Shown here piece by piece: positions 28,552 to 38,003 of a stretch of 64,000 nt of DNA; the stretch's first letter is position 1; each line of letters begins with the position of its first letter. The notes beneath the pieces were generated by a model that searched no databases, was not told the origin of the DNA, and saw only the letters and a program-made list of their open reading frames with translations. Source of the DNA: a virus (taxonomy: Duplodnaviria > Heunggongvirae > Uroviricota > Caudoviricetes); the IMG/VR virus record IMGVR_UViG_3300021399_000141; one strand, given 5' to 3'. A program made the position numbers and the translations under genes.

Positions 28552-28770
28552 TCATTTCTGTTGTGGACAGGGTACGTACAGTGCGCAGCAGCAATGATTG
28601 TCTTCTCTGTAGCTACGACAAGGACATATATCGTTGTCAGTACCCTTATCGGGGTTGTTACATGGACAGTGTCCGTTATTCTTACCCAGTAGTCTAAAGA
28701 TAGAGTTAACTGTTCTATCATCAGGATTCAATATAAATCCAGGCTTTCTTAATATCGTTATGCTTGTCAT
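28552..28770 (-). CDS. small Cys-cluster protein, ferredoxin-thioredoxin-reductase catalytic-subunit-like
   Basis: HCPC-x13-CPC-x8-HCCC pattern reminiscent of FtrC CPC...CPC...CHC; start set at MTSITIL. Confidence 0.35.
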   Translation of the reverse strand: MTSITILRKPGFILNPDDRTVNSIFRLLGKNNGHCPCNNPDKGTDNDICPCRSYREDNHCCCALYVPCPQQK

Positions 28771-28958
28771 GTGTATATAATATATAAAGACACTTGAATA
28801 ATCTCGCATAAACCGCGATTTTTTCGAGTTTAACAAATGATCGATATCAAGTCAACCAAATATATTACTCAGTTAATTTGATCCCATTATATCAAAATTT
28901 ATTGATACTTTCAATATAAAGTGAAATGAGACAAGAGTCATTTGTTTCGATTACTACC

Positions 28959-29330
28959 TTATTCTTTTTCATTGTCTCGCTCATTTATAAATTGATAAAT
29001 TAACTCTACTAACCAACCTATCACATACGCGTAGGTCTCATTACTCTCTCCTCGATGAAAAAGAACTCCGACGAACTCCAACATTGCCTGTGCAATATGA
29101 AAACTCTCATGCGCCCAAGTTCCTACGGTTGCTTCACTACCAAGAAGTATGCAATCCCACCTGTAACCGTTGTGGTTAGCCGTAAAAGCCAACCCTCTAC
29201 GACTAACGTCTTCATCAAAAGGTGCAAGTGTCCCACCTTCGAGAGTCGTAAATTTTTCCATAAACTCATCGGGTGTATCACCGATGGCTACGTTGAAGGG
29301 AAAAATATCACATTGATAAAACTTAATCAT
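28959..29330 (-). CDS. small HExxH zinc-metallopeptidase-like protein
   Basis: WAHESFHIAQAM contains an HExxH motif in a 123-aa protein. Confidence 0.4.
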   Translation of the reverse strand: MIKFYQCDIFPFNVAIGDTPDEFMEKFTTLEGGTLAPFDEDVSRRGLAFTANHNGYRWDCILLGSEATVGTWAHESFHIAQAMLEFVGVLFHRGESNETYAYVIGWLVELIYQFINERDNEKE

Positions 29331-29334
29331 GCTA

Positions 29335-29649
29335 CTATGCAGGTTGATTCACCATTTCTGGCTTTATGTTTTTTAGAACCACACCCACAAGACGGTCTGA
29401 ATGGTCGTCAGACTTACGTCCGCAGCATAGGGTATGATCTTTTTGGATGATCATGAAATCCAGACCAGGATTTTTCACAGGCTCGTCTTTCTTATTAACC
29501 ACCCGACCACTGGATAGTTTTTCCATAAAGTGGTTTAAGATAGAACGAGCATCGTTTTCTGATATTTCGGGTTCACGAAACACCTTGACTGTCAGACCTC
29601 CGATTTGTAATTCTGTGAAAGATTTGATATTACTCATATTCTTCAACAA
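29335..29649 (-). CDS. hypothetical protein
   Basis: ORF track 104 aa. Confidence 0.4.
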   Translation of the reverse strand: MLKNMSNIKSFTELQIGGLTVKVFREPEISENDARSILNHFMEKLSSGRVVNKKDEPVKNPGLDFMIIQKDHTLCCGRKSDDHSDRLVGVVLKNIKPEMVNQPA

Positions 29650-29878
29650 TAGTTTTGTATGTCTTTGACATGGCTTGATTTATGGCGTTTTGCGCATCTC
29701 GCAAGGTATCAAAATCCCCAGTAGTCGTGCCATCGATGTTCAAGAAGTTATACCACCAAAGGAAACCAAGGAATCGTTTCTGGACTTCGTATACTGTAGG
29801 ATTATGTTTAATAGTTACTCCAAATTGACCAGACTCTGTCCATTCGGTTGTATGTTTTACTATTCTGTACTTTTTCAT
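29630..29878 (-). CDS. small protein, paralog pair member A
   Basis: shares KRFLGFLWWY core with next gene. Confidence 0.45.
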   Translation of the reverse strand: MKKYRIVKHTTEWTESGQFGVTIKHNPTVYEVQKRFLGFLWWYNFLNIDGTTTGDFDTLRDAQNAINQAMSKTYKTIVEEYE

Positions 29879-29886
29879 AAGCTGTT

Positions 29887-30138
29887 TTAATATTCACATA
29901 TTACTACTTGTTCGTTCTCTTCAAACATATCTTTCATGATTACAGACCGAGCTTCTTCTTTGGTCTCATACCCGATGATATCGGAAATATTGTCAATCAT
30001 ACTGTACCACCAAAGAAAACCTAAGAATCGTTTTTGGGGTATGAATCCAATGTAACAATGCTGTATGAATGAATAAGGCTCGTTGGGGTTAGGTTCTTGC
30101 CAAACCGTTTTCTTCATGATTATTCTGTATCGTTTCAT
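29887..30138 (-). CDS. small protein, paralog pair member B
   Basis: shares KRFLGFLWWY core with previous gene. Confidence 0.45.
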   Translation of the reverse strand: MKRYRIIMKKTVWQEPNPNEPYSFIQHCYIGFIPQKRFLGFLWWYSMIDNISDIIGYETKEEARSVIMKDMFEENEQVVICEY

Positions 30139-30140
30139 AA

Positions 30141-30440
30141 TTAAACCTCCTCAATATAGATTATTGTATATGACCGGGACATATCCATTGGATCTGCTGC
30201 ATCATGATAATCCGCCCACACTTTATACTGTTTGTCATCTTCGATTTTCTTTTCAATACTTTCATTAGGATAATTCCAGGTTTCTATATCATGATATACA
30301 TTTCCGACATCATGTGTGTGCATGCTCCATCCATAGAAAATGCCTACATAATAAGCTCCCCTTCTCAAATCTTCCATTGTTACCTCAGTCCAGCCGTATG
30401 TATGTAACTGGTGCGGGCTTTTCATAATTACAGTTTTCAT
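30141..30440 (-). CDS. hypothetical protein
   Basis: ORF track 99 aa. Confidence 0.45.
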   Translation of the reverse strand: MKTVIMKSPHQLHTYGWTEVTMEDLRRGAYYVGIFYGWSMHTHDVGNVYHDIETWNYPNESIEKKIEDDKQYKVWADYHDAADPMDMSRSYTIIYIEEV

Positions 30441-30504
30441 AGTTAAATATATAAAAAGGATCTAGGTTATTTACCTAGACCCTTTCTTTTTGTGAATCGA
30501 CATA

Positions 30505-32007
30505 TTACTTACTTTCTACCTTGGCTCCGGCAGAGATCACTTTGGAGTTCTCCTCCATAATCTTTCCGAGGTTTACACCGGTGGCCTGTTCCATTACGTC
30601 CATCGACTGTTTTACCAGTACCGGAACGTTGCCTGAGATACCTGATACCTCGTTACCGTTCGTACCATAGACGTGAACATCCTTGATAGACTTGAGTGGT
30701 TCAGCAACTGATGCAGCGACCTCAGGAAGTTTATCAACAACCATCTGTGCGAGAGCGGCGTGTCCGTACTCTTTGTACGCTTCGGCTTTCTTGTACATCG
30801 CTTTGGCTTCAGCCTCTCCTTTGGCTAGGATAGCAGCGGCTTCTGCCTCACCGACCGCCTTGATACCTGCTGCCTCTTGTTGACGTGCATAGAGATCTGC
30901 TTCTGCCTTGGCTTTAACAGCGAGTGCTTTCTGCTCTGCTTCGTAACGCTCGGCTTCTGCCTGACGTTTGCGTTGCTCCAATTCAGCAGCGGCATTGACC
31001 TCTTTCTGGTACTTCTCCGCATCGGCTTGTTTGTTGACTTGTGCAGCCAATGTCTTCTCCTGGATAGCAATCTCCTGCTCCTTCAAAAGCTGTTCTTGTT
31101 TGGCCTTCTCAACCTTTGCCTCGACTTCAAGTTTGTTGATTTCCTTCTGGCGCTCGTTAATACGAATCGTCTTGGCGGCCTGAGCCTCAACAGTCTTGAT
31201 ATTGATCTCACGAGCCTGTTCTTGCTCCTGGATCTTGTAAGCGGCGTCTGCCATAGCCTTTTGAGTATCTGCTTGGCGCTTCAGTTCCGCTTGCTTGACA
31301 GCTAGCTCCGTGTTGCGTTGTGCAATCTCCGTCTCGGATGCTACTCGAGCATCGTTAGCCTCTTTCTTTGCCTTTGCCTCAGCGATAGCGACATCACGCT
31401 CTGCGTTAGCTTTGTTGATAGAGGCGTTCTTCTTGATCATATAGGTGTTGTCTGCACCTAGGTCTTGAATAAGCCCTTTCTCGTCGGTGATGTTCTGGAT
31501 GTTGCAGGTAAGAATGTGGAGGCCCAACTGTTGCATATCCTTCTCAGCCTTGTTGCGGATCTGATCGGAGAATCCATCTCGGTCTAGGTTCAACTGTTTG
31601 AGCTCCTGTGTACCAACAATCTCACGCATGTTACCTTCTAGGGACTCTTGAATGTTTCGTGCAATGTCTGATGGATTGAAATTCAAGAAGTTCTTTGCTG
31701 CTGTTGCAATGAGTTCTTGATCGACACAAATCTTTGCCACTGCATCGACATTCACGTTGATGAAGTCCTTCGTAGGAATAGAAGAGGCCTTGATATCCAC
31801 AGAGAACTGTCCTAGATACAAACCATCCACCTTTTGCAAGCCTGGAATACGAAGACCACCAGTACCTTTAAGGAACTTGGGTGTTTTCAGCGGCCAACCG
31901 GAAATTACCAATGCCATGTTAGGACTCGCCTTTACATACGAAAGACACAGAATCAGAATGAGGAGTGCCAAAACCGCGCCTCCGATAATAAGTGAAATGT
32001 TTACCAT
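30505..32007 (-). CDS. SPFH/band-7 (flotillin or YqiK-like) membrane protein
   Basis: N-terminal TM helix, SPFH-like region, then a roughly 250-aa Ala/Glu/Lys/Gln-rich coiled coil; antisense plus-strand ORFs here are low-complexity artefacts. Confidence 0.55.
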   Translation of the reverse strand: MVNISLIIGGAVLALLILILCLSYVKASPNMALVISGWPLKTPKFLKGTGGLRIPGLQKVDGLYLGQFSVDIKASSIPTKDFINVNVDAVAKICVDQELIATAAKNFLNFNPSDIARNIQESLEGNMREIVGTQELKQLNLDRDGFSDQIRNKAEKDMQQLGLHILTCNIQNITDEKGLIQDLGADNTYMIKKNASINKANAERDVAIAEAKAKKEANDARVASETEIAQRNTELAVKQAELKRQADTQKAMADAAYKIQEQEQAREINIKTVEAQAAKTIRINERQKEINKLEVEAKVEKAKQEQLLKEQEIAIQEKTLAAQVNKQADAEKYQKEVNAAAELEQRKRQAEAERYEAEQKALAVKAKAEADLYARQQEAAGIKAVGEAEAAAILAKGEAEAKAMYKKAEAYKEYGHAALAQMVVDKLPEVAASVAEPLKSIKDVHVYGTNGNEVSGISGNVPVLVKQSMDVMEQATGVNLGKIMEENSKVISAGAKVESK

Positions 32008-32020
32008 TCGTTATTTGAAT

Positions 32021-32497
32021 TTAATTGTTAAAGAATTTCTTAATATGATTGAGTGTAGTCTCAAATCTGCATACAATGTACAGTTTCTTCCACTGGAACC
32101 AACGTTTGAATTTACGGAAGTTCTTGTCGTCGTAGTCGATACACCAGTTTACACTCTTGTCAGGCTTGCTCGAACCTGTGAAGTAGATGTGCATTGGCTG
32201 GCCGTTCGACTTGTTGATAACCTTGATACGGAGGTTCTCTATGTCTAGATCACTTGTGTTGCACCACTTGCCAATGCACTCAGACATCATTTTGAATGCG
32301 TGCACTGAGTTAGATACGTGCTGACCAGCTGTTTCAAGCACCACAGACGGTTCTGGTCCTGATTCGATCCCTATGTATCTTAACGTCAGATAGTTCTGAT
32401 CGGTAAAGTTCCAAAATTTCATTTGCCAATCCTCGCAATCCCAGTAAATCATTAGGATATCCCGTAGATCGTGTACAGTTGTGTATGGATGTCTCAT
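32021..32497 (-). CDS. hypothetical protein
   Basis: ORF track 158 aa. Confidence 0.5.
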   Translation of the reverse strand: MRHPYTTVHDLRDILMIYWDCEDWQMKFWNFTDQNYLTLRYIGIESGPEPSVVLETAGQHVSNSVHAFKMMSECIGKWCNTSDLDIENLRIKVINKSNGQPMHIYFTGSSKPDKSVNWCIDYDDKNFRKFKRWFQWKKLYIVCRFETTLNHIKKFFNN

Positions 32498-32564
32498 AAC
32501 GGTGTGTTTTTATAATTTTAATATATATAACAGTAGAGTCTTCTTTAGACGTTACTGTGATAAA

Positions 32565-33083
32565 TCAGTGCTTATTGTTATGATACTCGGGCTCCCGTTC
32601 TGTAGGAGCAAATCCCATCTCCTTTCGATACTCATCAGGATAGTAACGTGCATAGTACCCTTCTAAAATATCGTACCCTACAGAGAGATGACCTTCCTTG
32701 GCTCGTTCACTACCATCCACTTCCCGATTCTTGTCCTGCTCGAGAGTCTCCAGGAAAGACTTATGAAGGTCAATGAGTTCCAGCTCTGCGCCGTAGCAGT
32801 AAGCCATAACGTTCATACGCGCTATCGTGTTCTCATTCAGGTTGGTAGCGTCACTGATGACCGTGTATCCTTTCTTAAGCGCCTCCGCAATCATGTGGGT
32901 TTCTACTTCGGTGATGTAACCTTCTCGCTCTGGCACCCAATAGGTGCCTGTCATCTCACGAATGGCGTCCCGGCTGACCACCACTGTCGTCTTGCGCTCT
33001 TCCATATCGAGATTCGCGATATAGTTCTTACACCATGTGGATTTACCACATCCAGGAGGGCCTTGTAATACAATCAACTTCAT
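32565..33083 (-). CDS. P-loop kinase (Pnk-like or AAA-kinase)
   Basis: Walker A LQGPPGCGKSTW. Confidence 0.55.
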   Translation of the reverse strand: MKLIVLQGPPGCGKSTWCKNYIANLDMEERKTTVVVSRDAIREMTGTYWVPEREGYITEVETHMIAEALKKGYTVISDATNLNENTIARMNVMAYCYGAELELIDLHKSFLETLEQDKNREVDGSERAKEGHLSVGYDILEGYYARYYPDEYRKEMGFAPTEREPEYHNNKH

Positions 33084-33156
33084 ATGATCAAAAATCTAAT
33101 ACCTCACAATCAATACACTCTCATGTGTTTAGTTGTTATATCATGTAGGTTATGGA

Positions 33157-34464
33157 CTAGACGTTACGTCCGTTTTCATAAATGAATTTGAGCACCGGGA
33201 AACGGAGCGAGTACTCGCCTGTTTTGGAGTCTTTCGTCTCCTCAAAGTACTGCACAGTAATGGTTTTGCCTATGATCTCTTCTGGGTGATCGTACCAGCG
33301 GAGTCGTTGTTCTTTGGACAGTCCGCTACCTACTTGTACCTGATTACCTTTATGCTCGATCAACAGAGCCCGGCACGCATCGAACTCCTTATGACCATCT
33401 TCGTTATAGGTGACTTTAGAGTTCAAGGTACCCACTACCACGTATTCTGCATCCTTGAACTTCTTGACCTTCAAGAGATCTTTGGTACGTCCACGTTGAT
33501 AAGGAACGTCTTTGCGCAACATGAATCCCTCCCAGTGCCCCTCTGCTACGTATCCGGACCAGCGATCGAAGTCCTCTTGACACATCAGGCGTTCTTGTTC
33601 GAGCACCCTGATGCGGTCACTAGGATGTTGTGCATATAGACTTTGGAGCGCAGTCAATCTTATCACAAACCGCGGCGACTCTTGTTTCATGTCGAACTCG
33701 TCTTGAGTCAACAGGTCAAAGACATTGTAGCAAGGATGCTCGATCGTATGATTCTTACGGGTGATCTCTTTCATTACCCAATCGAAGTGCTCGTCTCCGT
33801 TCTCATCGAGGATGCATACCTCCCCATCCAGGACCCACTTGCCTAAGTAAGGAGACATCATTTCCCGTACAGGTTCCTTAAGATTGTCCAGAGTAGTGAA
33901 CACCTTGTTCTGGCGGCTGCGAAACTCTACTTCTTGATGGAGGAGACCTGTCTTGTCATACCAGTTATTGATGAATGCCACACAGCGCACCCCATCTAAC
34001 TTACGAGACGCGAAATAGGTACCATCTACAGGATCAACACCCTTCGTGTCTGCGAGCTGTTCTGCAAGAGACACCTCATAGACATCAAAGATCGGCGCGA
34101 TCTTTTGGAAGTTGTCACGTGATACACCGATCTTCAGGTTGTGTGCTAGTACGTTGAGCAAGATCTTCTGATCATCTTCCTGGAAGCGCTCGAGCTCCAT
34201 CTGCAATGCGAGACGGGCTTCGTTACCGGTGAGGTGATGACACTCACACTGCCAAAGGACTTGTTTGTAGTCAGCCCATCCTTCTTCGATCGTGAGATCA
34301 CCGACCGTCTCGACATCTACCTTGGTCACGTAGAACTTGTGTCCTCCGTAAGCCTGTTCGAAGATATCCTTCATTAGGTCTGACATGTTGTACGTTAGAA
34401 TGAGAAGTTTCTCATTGGTCTTTGCTGTGTCTTTTACTGTTTTAAAAAGTTGCGCTATTGTCAT
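33157..34464 (-). CDS. ATP-dependent DNA (or RNA) ligase
   Basis: nucleotidyltransferase motif I KLDGVR (KxDG); DGEVCIL motif downstream. Confidence 0.6.
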   Translation of the reverse strand: MTIAQLFKTVKDTAKTNEKLLILTYNMSDLMKDIFEQAYGGHKFYVTKVDVETVGDLTIEEGWADYKQVLWQCECHHLTGNEARLALQMELERFQEDDQKILLNVLAHNLKIGVSRDNFQKIAPIFDVYEVSLAEQLADTKGVDPVDGTYFASRKLDGVRCVAFINNWYDKTGLLHQEVEFRSRQNKVFTTLDNLKEPVREMMSPYLGKWVLDGEVCILDENGDEHFDWVMKEITRKNHTIEHPCYNVFDLLTQDEFDMKQESPRFVIRLTALQSLYAQHPSDRIRVLEQERLMCQEDFDRWSGYVAEGHWEGFMLRKDVPYQRGRTKDLLKVKKFKDAEYVVVGTLNSKVTYNEDGHKEFDACRALLIEHKGNQVQVGSGLSKEQRLRWYDHPEEIIGKTITVQYFEETKDSKTGEYSLRFPVLKFIYENGRNV

Positions 34465-34480
34465 ATTATATTATCCTTTA

Positions 34481-34528
34481 TGTATATATATCTGAAACTA
34501 CTGTCGAATATTTAGTGATTTAGTGAAA
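34481..34528 (-). promoter_or_regulatory. phage promoter motif with duplicated CACTAAAT box
   Basis: TTTCACTAAATCACTAAATATTCGACAG ... AGATATATATAC upstream of the ligase start. Confidence 0.45.
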
Positions 34529-34536
34529 TCATAAAT

Positions 34537-34674
34537 TTATTTTTCCAGCAGTTCGATAGTGGATATGGTGGCAACTGCCCAGCCACATGCACCAGTCCAA
34601 TTTTCAGACAAAGCACATAAACCTGCGTTCACCATACTTAATACGATTGTTGCGATAGTAAGAAAATCTTTCAT
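34537..34674 (-). CDS. small membrane protein (45 aa)
   Basis: MKDFLTIATIVLSMVNAGLCALSENW TM helix; start trimmed from ORF track. Confidence 0.3.
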   Translation of the reverse strand: MKDFLTIATIVLSMVNAGLCALSENWTGACGWAVATISTIELLEK

Positions 34675-34773
34675 ATGTAATTTTGTTAAAGGGTTAATGC
34701 TGCGGTTAATACTACTGCGGTCCAGAGGACCCATCCTACGATCTGTGAGGGTTTTAATTTATCGTTCATAATT

Positions 34774-35052
34774 TCAAAATTGTATTTCGAGTTGTCGTTT
34801 ATCCTGTTCGTTCTGAATCTGTGCCCGTTTATGTTCTTTCTCATCCCGAACACAAGCGATAACCTTATCATAGTCTGTAATACGCAGATCTTCCGCCTCG
34901 CAGAATAGACCAGAGCAGAAGCTTTGGCTTACATGCACCAGAGATTGAACAAGGTCATCTGCACTCGGTGTGTTATCATAATGCTGTTCTTCGGTGATAA
35001 CGAATGACATCTTCTTCACACCGTTATGCCAAATAGTAATCTTCTTGCTCAT
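34774..35052 (-). CDS. hypothetical protein
   Basis: ORF track 92 aa. Confidence 0.45.
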   Translation of the reverse strand: MSKKITIWHNGVKKMSFVITEEQHYDNTPSADDLVQSLVHVSQSFCSGLFCEAEDLRITDYDKVIACVRDEKEHKRAQIQNEQDKRQLEIQF

Positions 35053-35181
35053 ATATTATTTCTATTATGAATATATATAAGAAAAAACGCCGAAATCTTT
35101 AATGAAAACCCTTGGAAATTTTCCAAGGGTCTTCAAGACTTCGTGATAAAATCCCGACGTAAAAAATAGTGAATCCTGCGA

Positions 35182-35430
35182 TTATTGTTCTTTAGTAGAA
35201 TTCGAGTTCTCCACTGCTATCTGCTCCTCTGCATAGTCGTGCATGGCGTGGATTACGGTGGTGTTCAAGTACGTCATACCAATCATCGCAGCATGGACTG
35301 CTGCCAGAATGTTTTCTGCTGATGCATCCCAAGGTAATTCCTGGGTGATGGTACAGTCACCATTTTGAAAGGTAATTCTGGTAGGAGGACAATCTTGGTT
35401 GCCTAAGTAATAAGGGTCATTCTCATTCAT
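35182..35430 (-). CDS. hypothetical protein
   Basis: ORF track 82 aa. Confidence 0.4.
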   Translation of the reverse strand: MNENDPYYLGNQDCPPTRITFQNGDCTITQELPWDASAENILAAVHAAMIGMTYLNTTVIHAMHDYAEEQIAVENSNSTKEQ

Positions 35431-35434
35431 ATTG

Positions 35435-36226
35435 TCATTGATTAAAATAGTTATATCTTATTTGTGCGCCTTGGGATGCCTGTTGATACTGTTGATATAT
35501 CATAAATCCATCAATGTCCCGAGGTTTACCCAATCGACTTTTTTCAGGTGACAAGTCTAGGACAAACAAGTCATGTTCCCAATAATTTCCATACGGACCT
35601 ATAAAAGGATTGTTCTTCGGATCATTTATATCGCAAATATCCCAAGAAGTAGACTTGGCGCACGCATACAATAGTCCGAAACCTATTCCGTTACTAGTCA
35701 TCATAATTTTGATGTATGCAGGAGATTCGAACCAGTTAGCATGTAATAATATGCCTGGCTCGTAGCAGAACCAATCATCATCTTTGCATGTAGGTGGCCA
35801 CATGTGCATCATATCGAACTCATTCAATGACATGATATGCATGCCATTTTCTGCGAACAGTTTTATCAACTCATTCGCAATTTTCTGGACGAGTTCTCCA
35901 TTGATCAATTCATTATATCTCTCCATATCTTTCTGTTCTGTTTGCCCGGCTACTTTGTTCCAATTGTTTACCCAATCCGGAGACACTTCAATCCTACCTA
36001 TCAATTCCCAGAGTTCACATAGTGTCAGCTTGCCGTCAAACATCGTATTGCATAGTCTTTTTGCGTACTCTTCATCTACTTCGACAGGATTACCAAATGT
36101 CGAGCCGTTTCTAGGCTCGTAATGAAGAGTCCAGAGTTTTGATATCTGAGGAGTCAATGGAAGCCATCGACCTAACAAGAACAACTTGTCCGTGCGTTTT
36201 ATGTAGTTGTCATCCAGTATACTCAT
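35435..36226 (-). CDS. hypothetical protein
   Basis: ORF track 263 aa. Confidence 0.5.
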   Translation of the reverse strand: MSILDDNYIKRTDKLFLLGRWLPLTPQISKLWTLHYEPRNGSTFGNPVEVDEEYAKRLCNTMFDGKLTLCELWELIGRIEVSPDWVNNWNKVAGQTEQKDMERYNELINGELVQKIANELIKLFAENGMHIMSLNEFDMMHMWPPTCKDDDWFCYEPGILLHANWFESPAYIKIMMTSNGIGFGLLYACAKSTSWDICDINDPKNNPFIGPYGNYWEHDLFVLDLSPEKSRLGKPRDIDGFMIYQQYQQASQGAQIRYNYFNQ

Positions 36227-36675
36227 GATAGTTCTTTTATACGCGCTACTAAGGCTTCTTTTTGTTTGAGGAGCTCCGTGACGTCCTTACCGTCCTTACG
36301 CCAGTTATAGATGCGCATTGTTAGACGGTCGCGCTCATCTCGGAGTTCTGTCAGTTTGTCCGTAGGTGTTGCCACCTTGCGAGGTTTGCGAATCAGTTTG
36401 TATTTGATACAGTAGTCGAATACCTCTTTGAACAAGACGTCCCAGTTGAACGTGGTGTCATCGTTCACAAACTTTTCATAAGGAGGTTCGAAAGTGGTAA
36501 CTTTCTGTCCGTGATTGAACAGATCGAACTGCACTTTCTTTGTGTCATCGAAAACACACGCGGATCCCTCGATCTCGGTACTCTCCGTCATCACATCCCA
36601 GGCTTCCTCCCAAGAAGAGCTCTTTTTGAGTTGTGGAAAATACTCCAGTATTCGTACCTCTACTTTACGTGCCAT
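36223..36675 (-). CDS. hypothetical protein
   Basis: ORF track 150 aa. Confidence 0.5.
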   Translation of the reverse strand: MARKVEVRILEYFPQLKKSSSWEEAWDVMTESTEIEGSACVFDDTKKVQFDLFNHGQKVTTFEPPYEKFVNDDTTFNWDVLFKEVFDYCIKYKLIRKPRKVATPTDKLTELRDERDRLTMRIYNWRKDGKDVTELLKQKEALVARIKELS

Positions 36676-36682
36676 ATTCTCA

Positions 36683-36922
36683 TTATTTAGAGTTTAGTAT
36701 TTCCATGGACACCACCAGGAACAGTACGCCGAATCCGTAGCATTCAAAGATGAACTCTTCAAACGCATCAGCAAACCCGTACCCAGACCAATCCAACACG
36801 CGGAGGACAATGTCGATCGGCCATAGTGTCACAGTCACAATGACCAAGTCAACGATGCAGAATGGGATACCAATGCACATCAGCATCACGATGGCAAGTA
36901 GTTTTTTCAATAGCTTCTTCAT
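36683..36922 (-). CDS. small membrane protein
   Basis: ORF track 79 aa, two hydrophobic helices. Confidence 0.4.
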   Translation of the reverse strand: MKKLLKKLLAIVMLMCIGIPFCIVDLVIVTVTLWPIDIVLRVLDWSGYGFADAFEEFIFECYGFGVLFLVVSMEILNSK

Positions 36923-37122
36923 AATATGCTTTTGTTGAATTTTCTATTCTTTTTGATATACGTATACCATTCATTCAAGAATCGTTTGGTATCCTTTTTC
37001 GTATATACTGAGGGTGCTGTTCTGAGTGTCATTATGTAGTCCACTTGAGACCATGTCAGGCCAAACTCCGTACGATATCTCCAATGTCGTCTTCTTGAAT
37101 GACTTTTCTTTACTTGTGTCAT
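36919..37122 (-). CDS. small basic protein
   Basis: ORF track 67 aa, Arg/Lys-rich. Confidence 0.35.
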   Translation of the reverse strand: MTQVKKSHSRRRHWRYRTEFGLTWSQVDYIMTLRTAPSVYTKKDTKRFLNEWYTYIKKNRKFNKSIL

Positions 37123-37155
37123 TTGCGTCTGTATCTCATGATAAAATCATATGAC

Positions 37156-37797
37156 TTATTCGTGCAAATAAGCGTACAACAGAGTAAGCGCCTCTTTCTT
37201 GACTTCAGGCGTTTCGTACCGACCATCTCGTTGATACTCGTCTTTGAAAGTCTTGGTGTTGAATGGTCTGGTGATGATATGTATTCCGTGCGCAGTCGGA
37301 ATAGCAGTGATGATAGGGTTGTTATATACACTACTGCATTGAAACATGATACAATTCAAAGCTGCTTCTAAATCATCCCTATCCCGGCTATCTACATCTA
37401 CTACCCAAAGACGCTCATCTCGAGAATCAACTGCAGCTTTCATCGCAGCGGAGTCTACCATCCCATTCAGACCAGTAGGGTTACCAGAGATCATCTGATT
37501 TAGACGTTCATTGATATTGGTGTTCAGGCCCAACAGGATACGCATCACCGACTTCCTGTTCAAACTGATGTAGGCACGGCAGTTGAATGCCTTACACATA
37601 GTGATGATCTCATCGTGTGCGTCAGTCCATTGTTCCTCGGACTGGATTAGATAGGACTTGATGGTTCTATTCTTGTTGTTGCCTTTTGCTTTGGTATTCC
37701 CGTCTTTCTTACGAAGGACTAACTCCACCACGTAAGCGTGCTCCATGTCAAATTTGAGCAATTTGCGTATTTCCTCAAAGTTGTCTACCTCTATCAT
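37156..37797 (-). CDS. hypothetical protein
   Basis: ORF track 213 aa. Confidence 0.5.
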   Translation of the reverse strand: MIEVDNFEEIRKLLKFDMEHAYVVELVLRKKDGNTKAKGNNKNRTIKSYLIQSEEQWTDAHDEIITMCKAFNCRAYISLNRKSVMRILLGLNTNINERLNQMISGNPTGLNGMVDSAAMKAAVDSRDERLWVVDVDSRDRDDLEAALNCIMFQCSSVYNNPIITAIPTAHGIHIITRPFNTKTFKDEYQRDGRYETPEVKKEALTLLYAYLHE

Positions 37798-37946
37798 GCG
37801 TTGCCCTTATTCATTTCGTCAAACATAAACTTAGCTGCTGCATTCCAACCTATCCTGATGTAGGTAAGAGCATTGTTCCCATACCTGTCTCCAAACAATT
37901 CTTTGAAAACTCTGTCTAACTTGTGCTTTGGAAATTGTGCCGCCAT
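37794..37946 (-). CDS. small hypothetical protein (50 aa, not in ORF track)
   Basis: hand translation MAAQFPKHKLDRVFKELFGDRYGNN...; ATGA overlap with downstream gene; promoter motif upstream. Confidence 0.3.
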   Translation of the reverse strand: MAAQFPKHKLDRVFKELFGDRYGNNALTYIRIGWNAAAKFMFDEMNKGNA

Positions 37947-37957
37947 ATGCTATATTG

Positions 37958-38003
37958 TTTTATATGTATAAATATATGAAAATAGAATCAAAATTTTAGT
38001 GAT
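37958..38003 (-). promoter_or_regulatory. phage promoter motif (AATCACTAAAATTTTGATTC ... TATATTTATACAT)
   Basis: motif family member. Confidence 0.45.

Noticed and set aside
30683-31305. Plus-strand ORFs 30683..30883, 30877..31305, 30968..31183 inside the SPFH gene
   Set aside because: They are antisense to an Ala/Glu/Lys-rich coiled-coil coding region and translate to low-complexity Leu/Ser/Cys strings. Artefacts.
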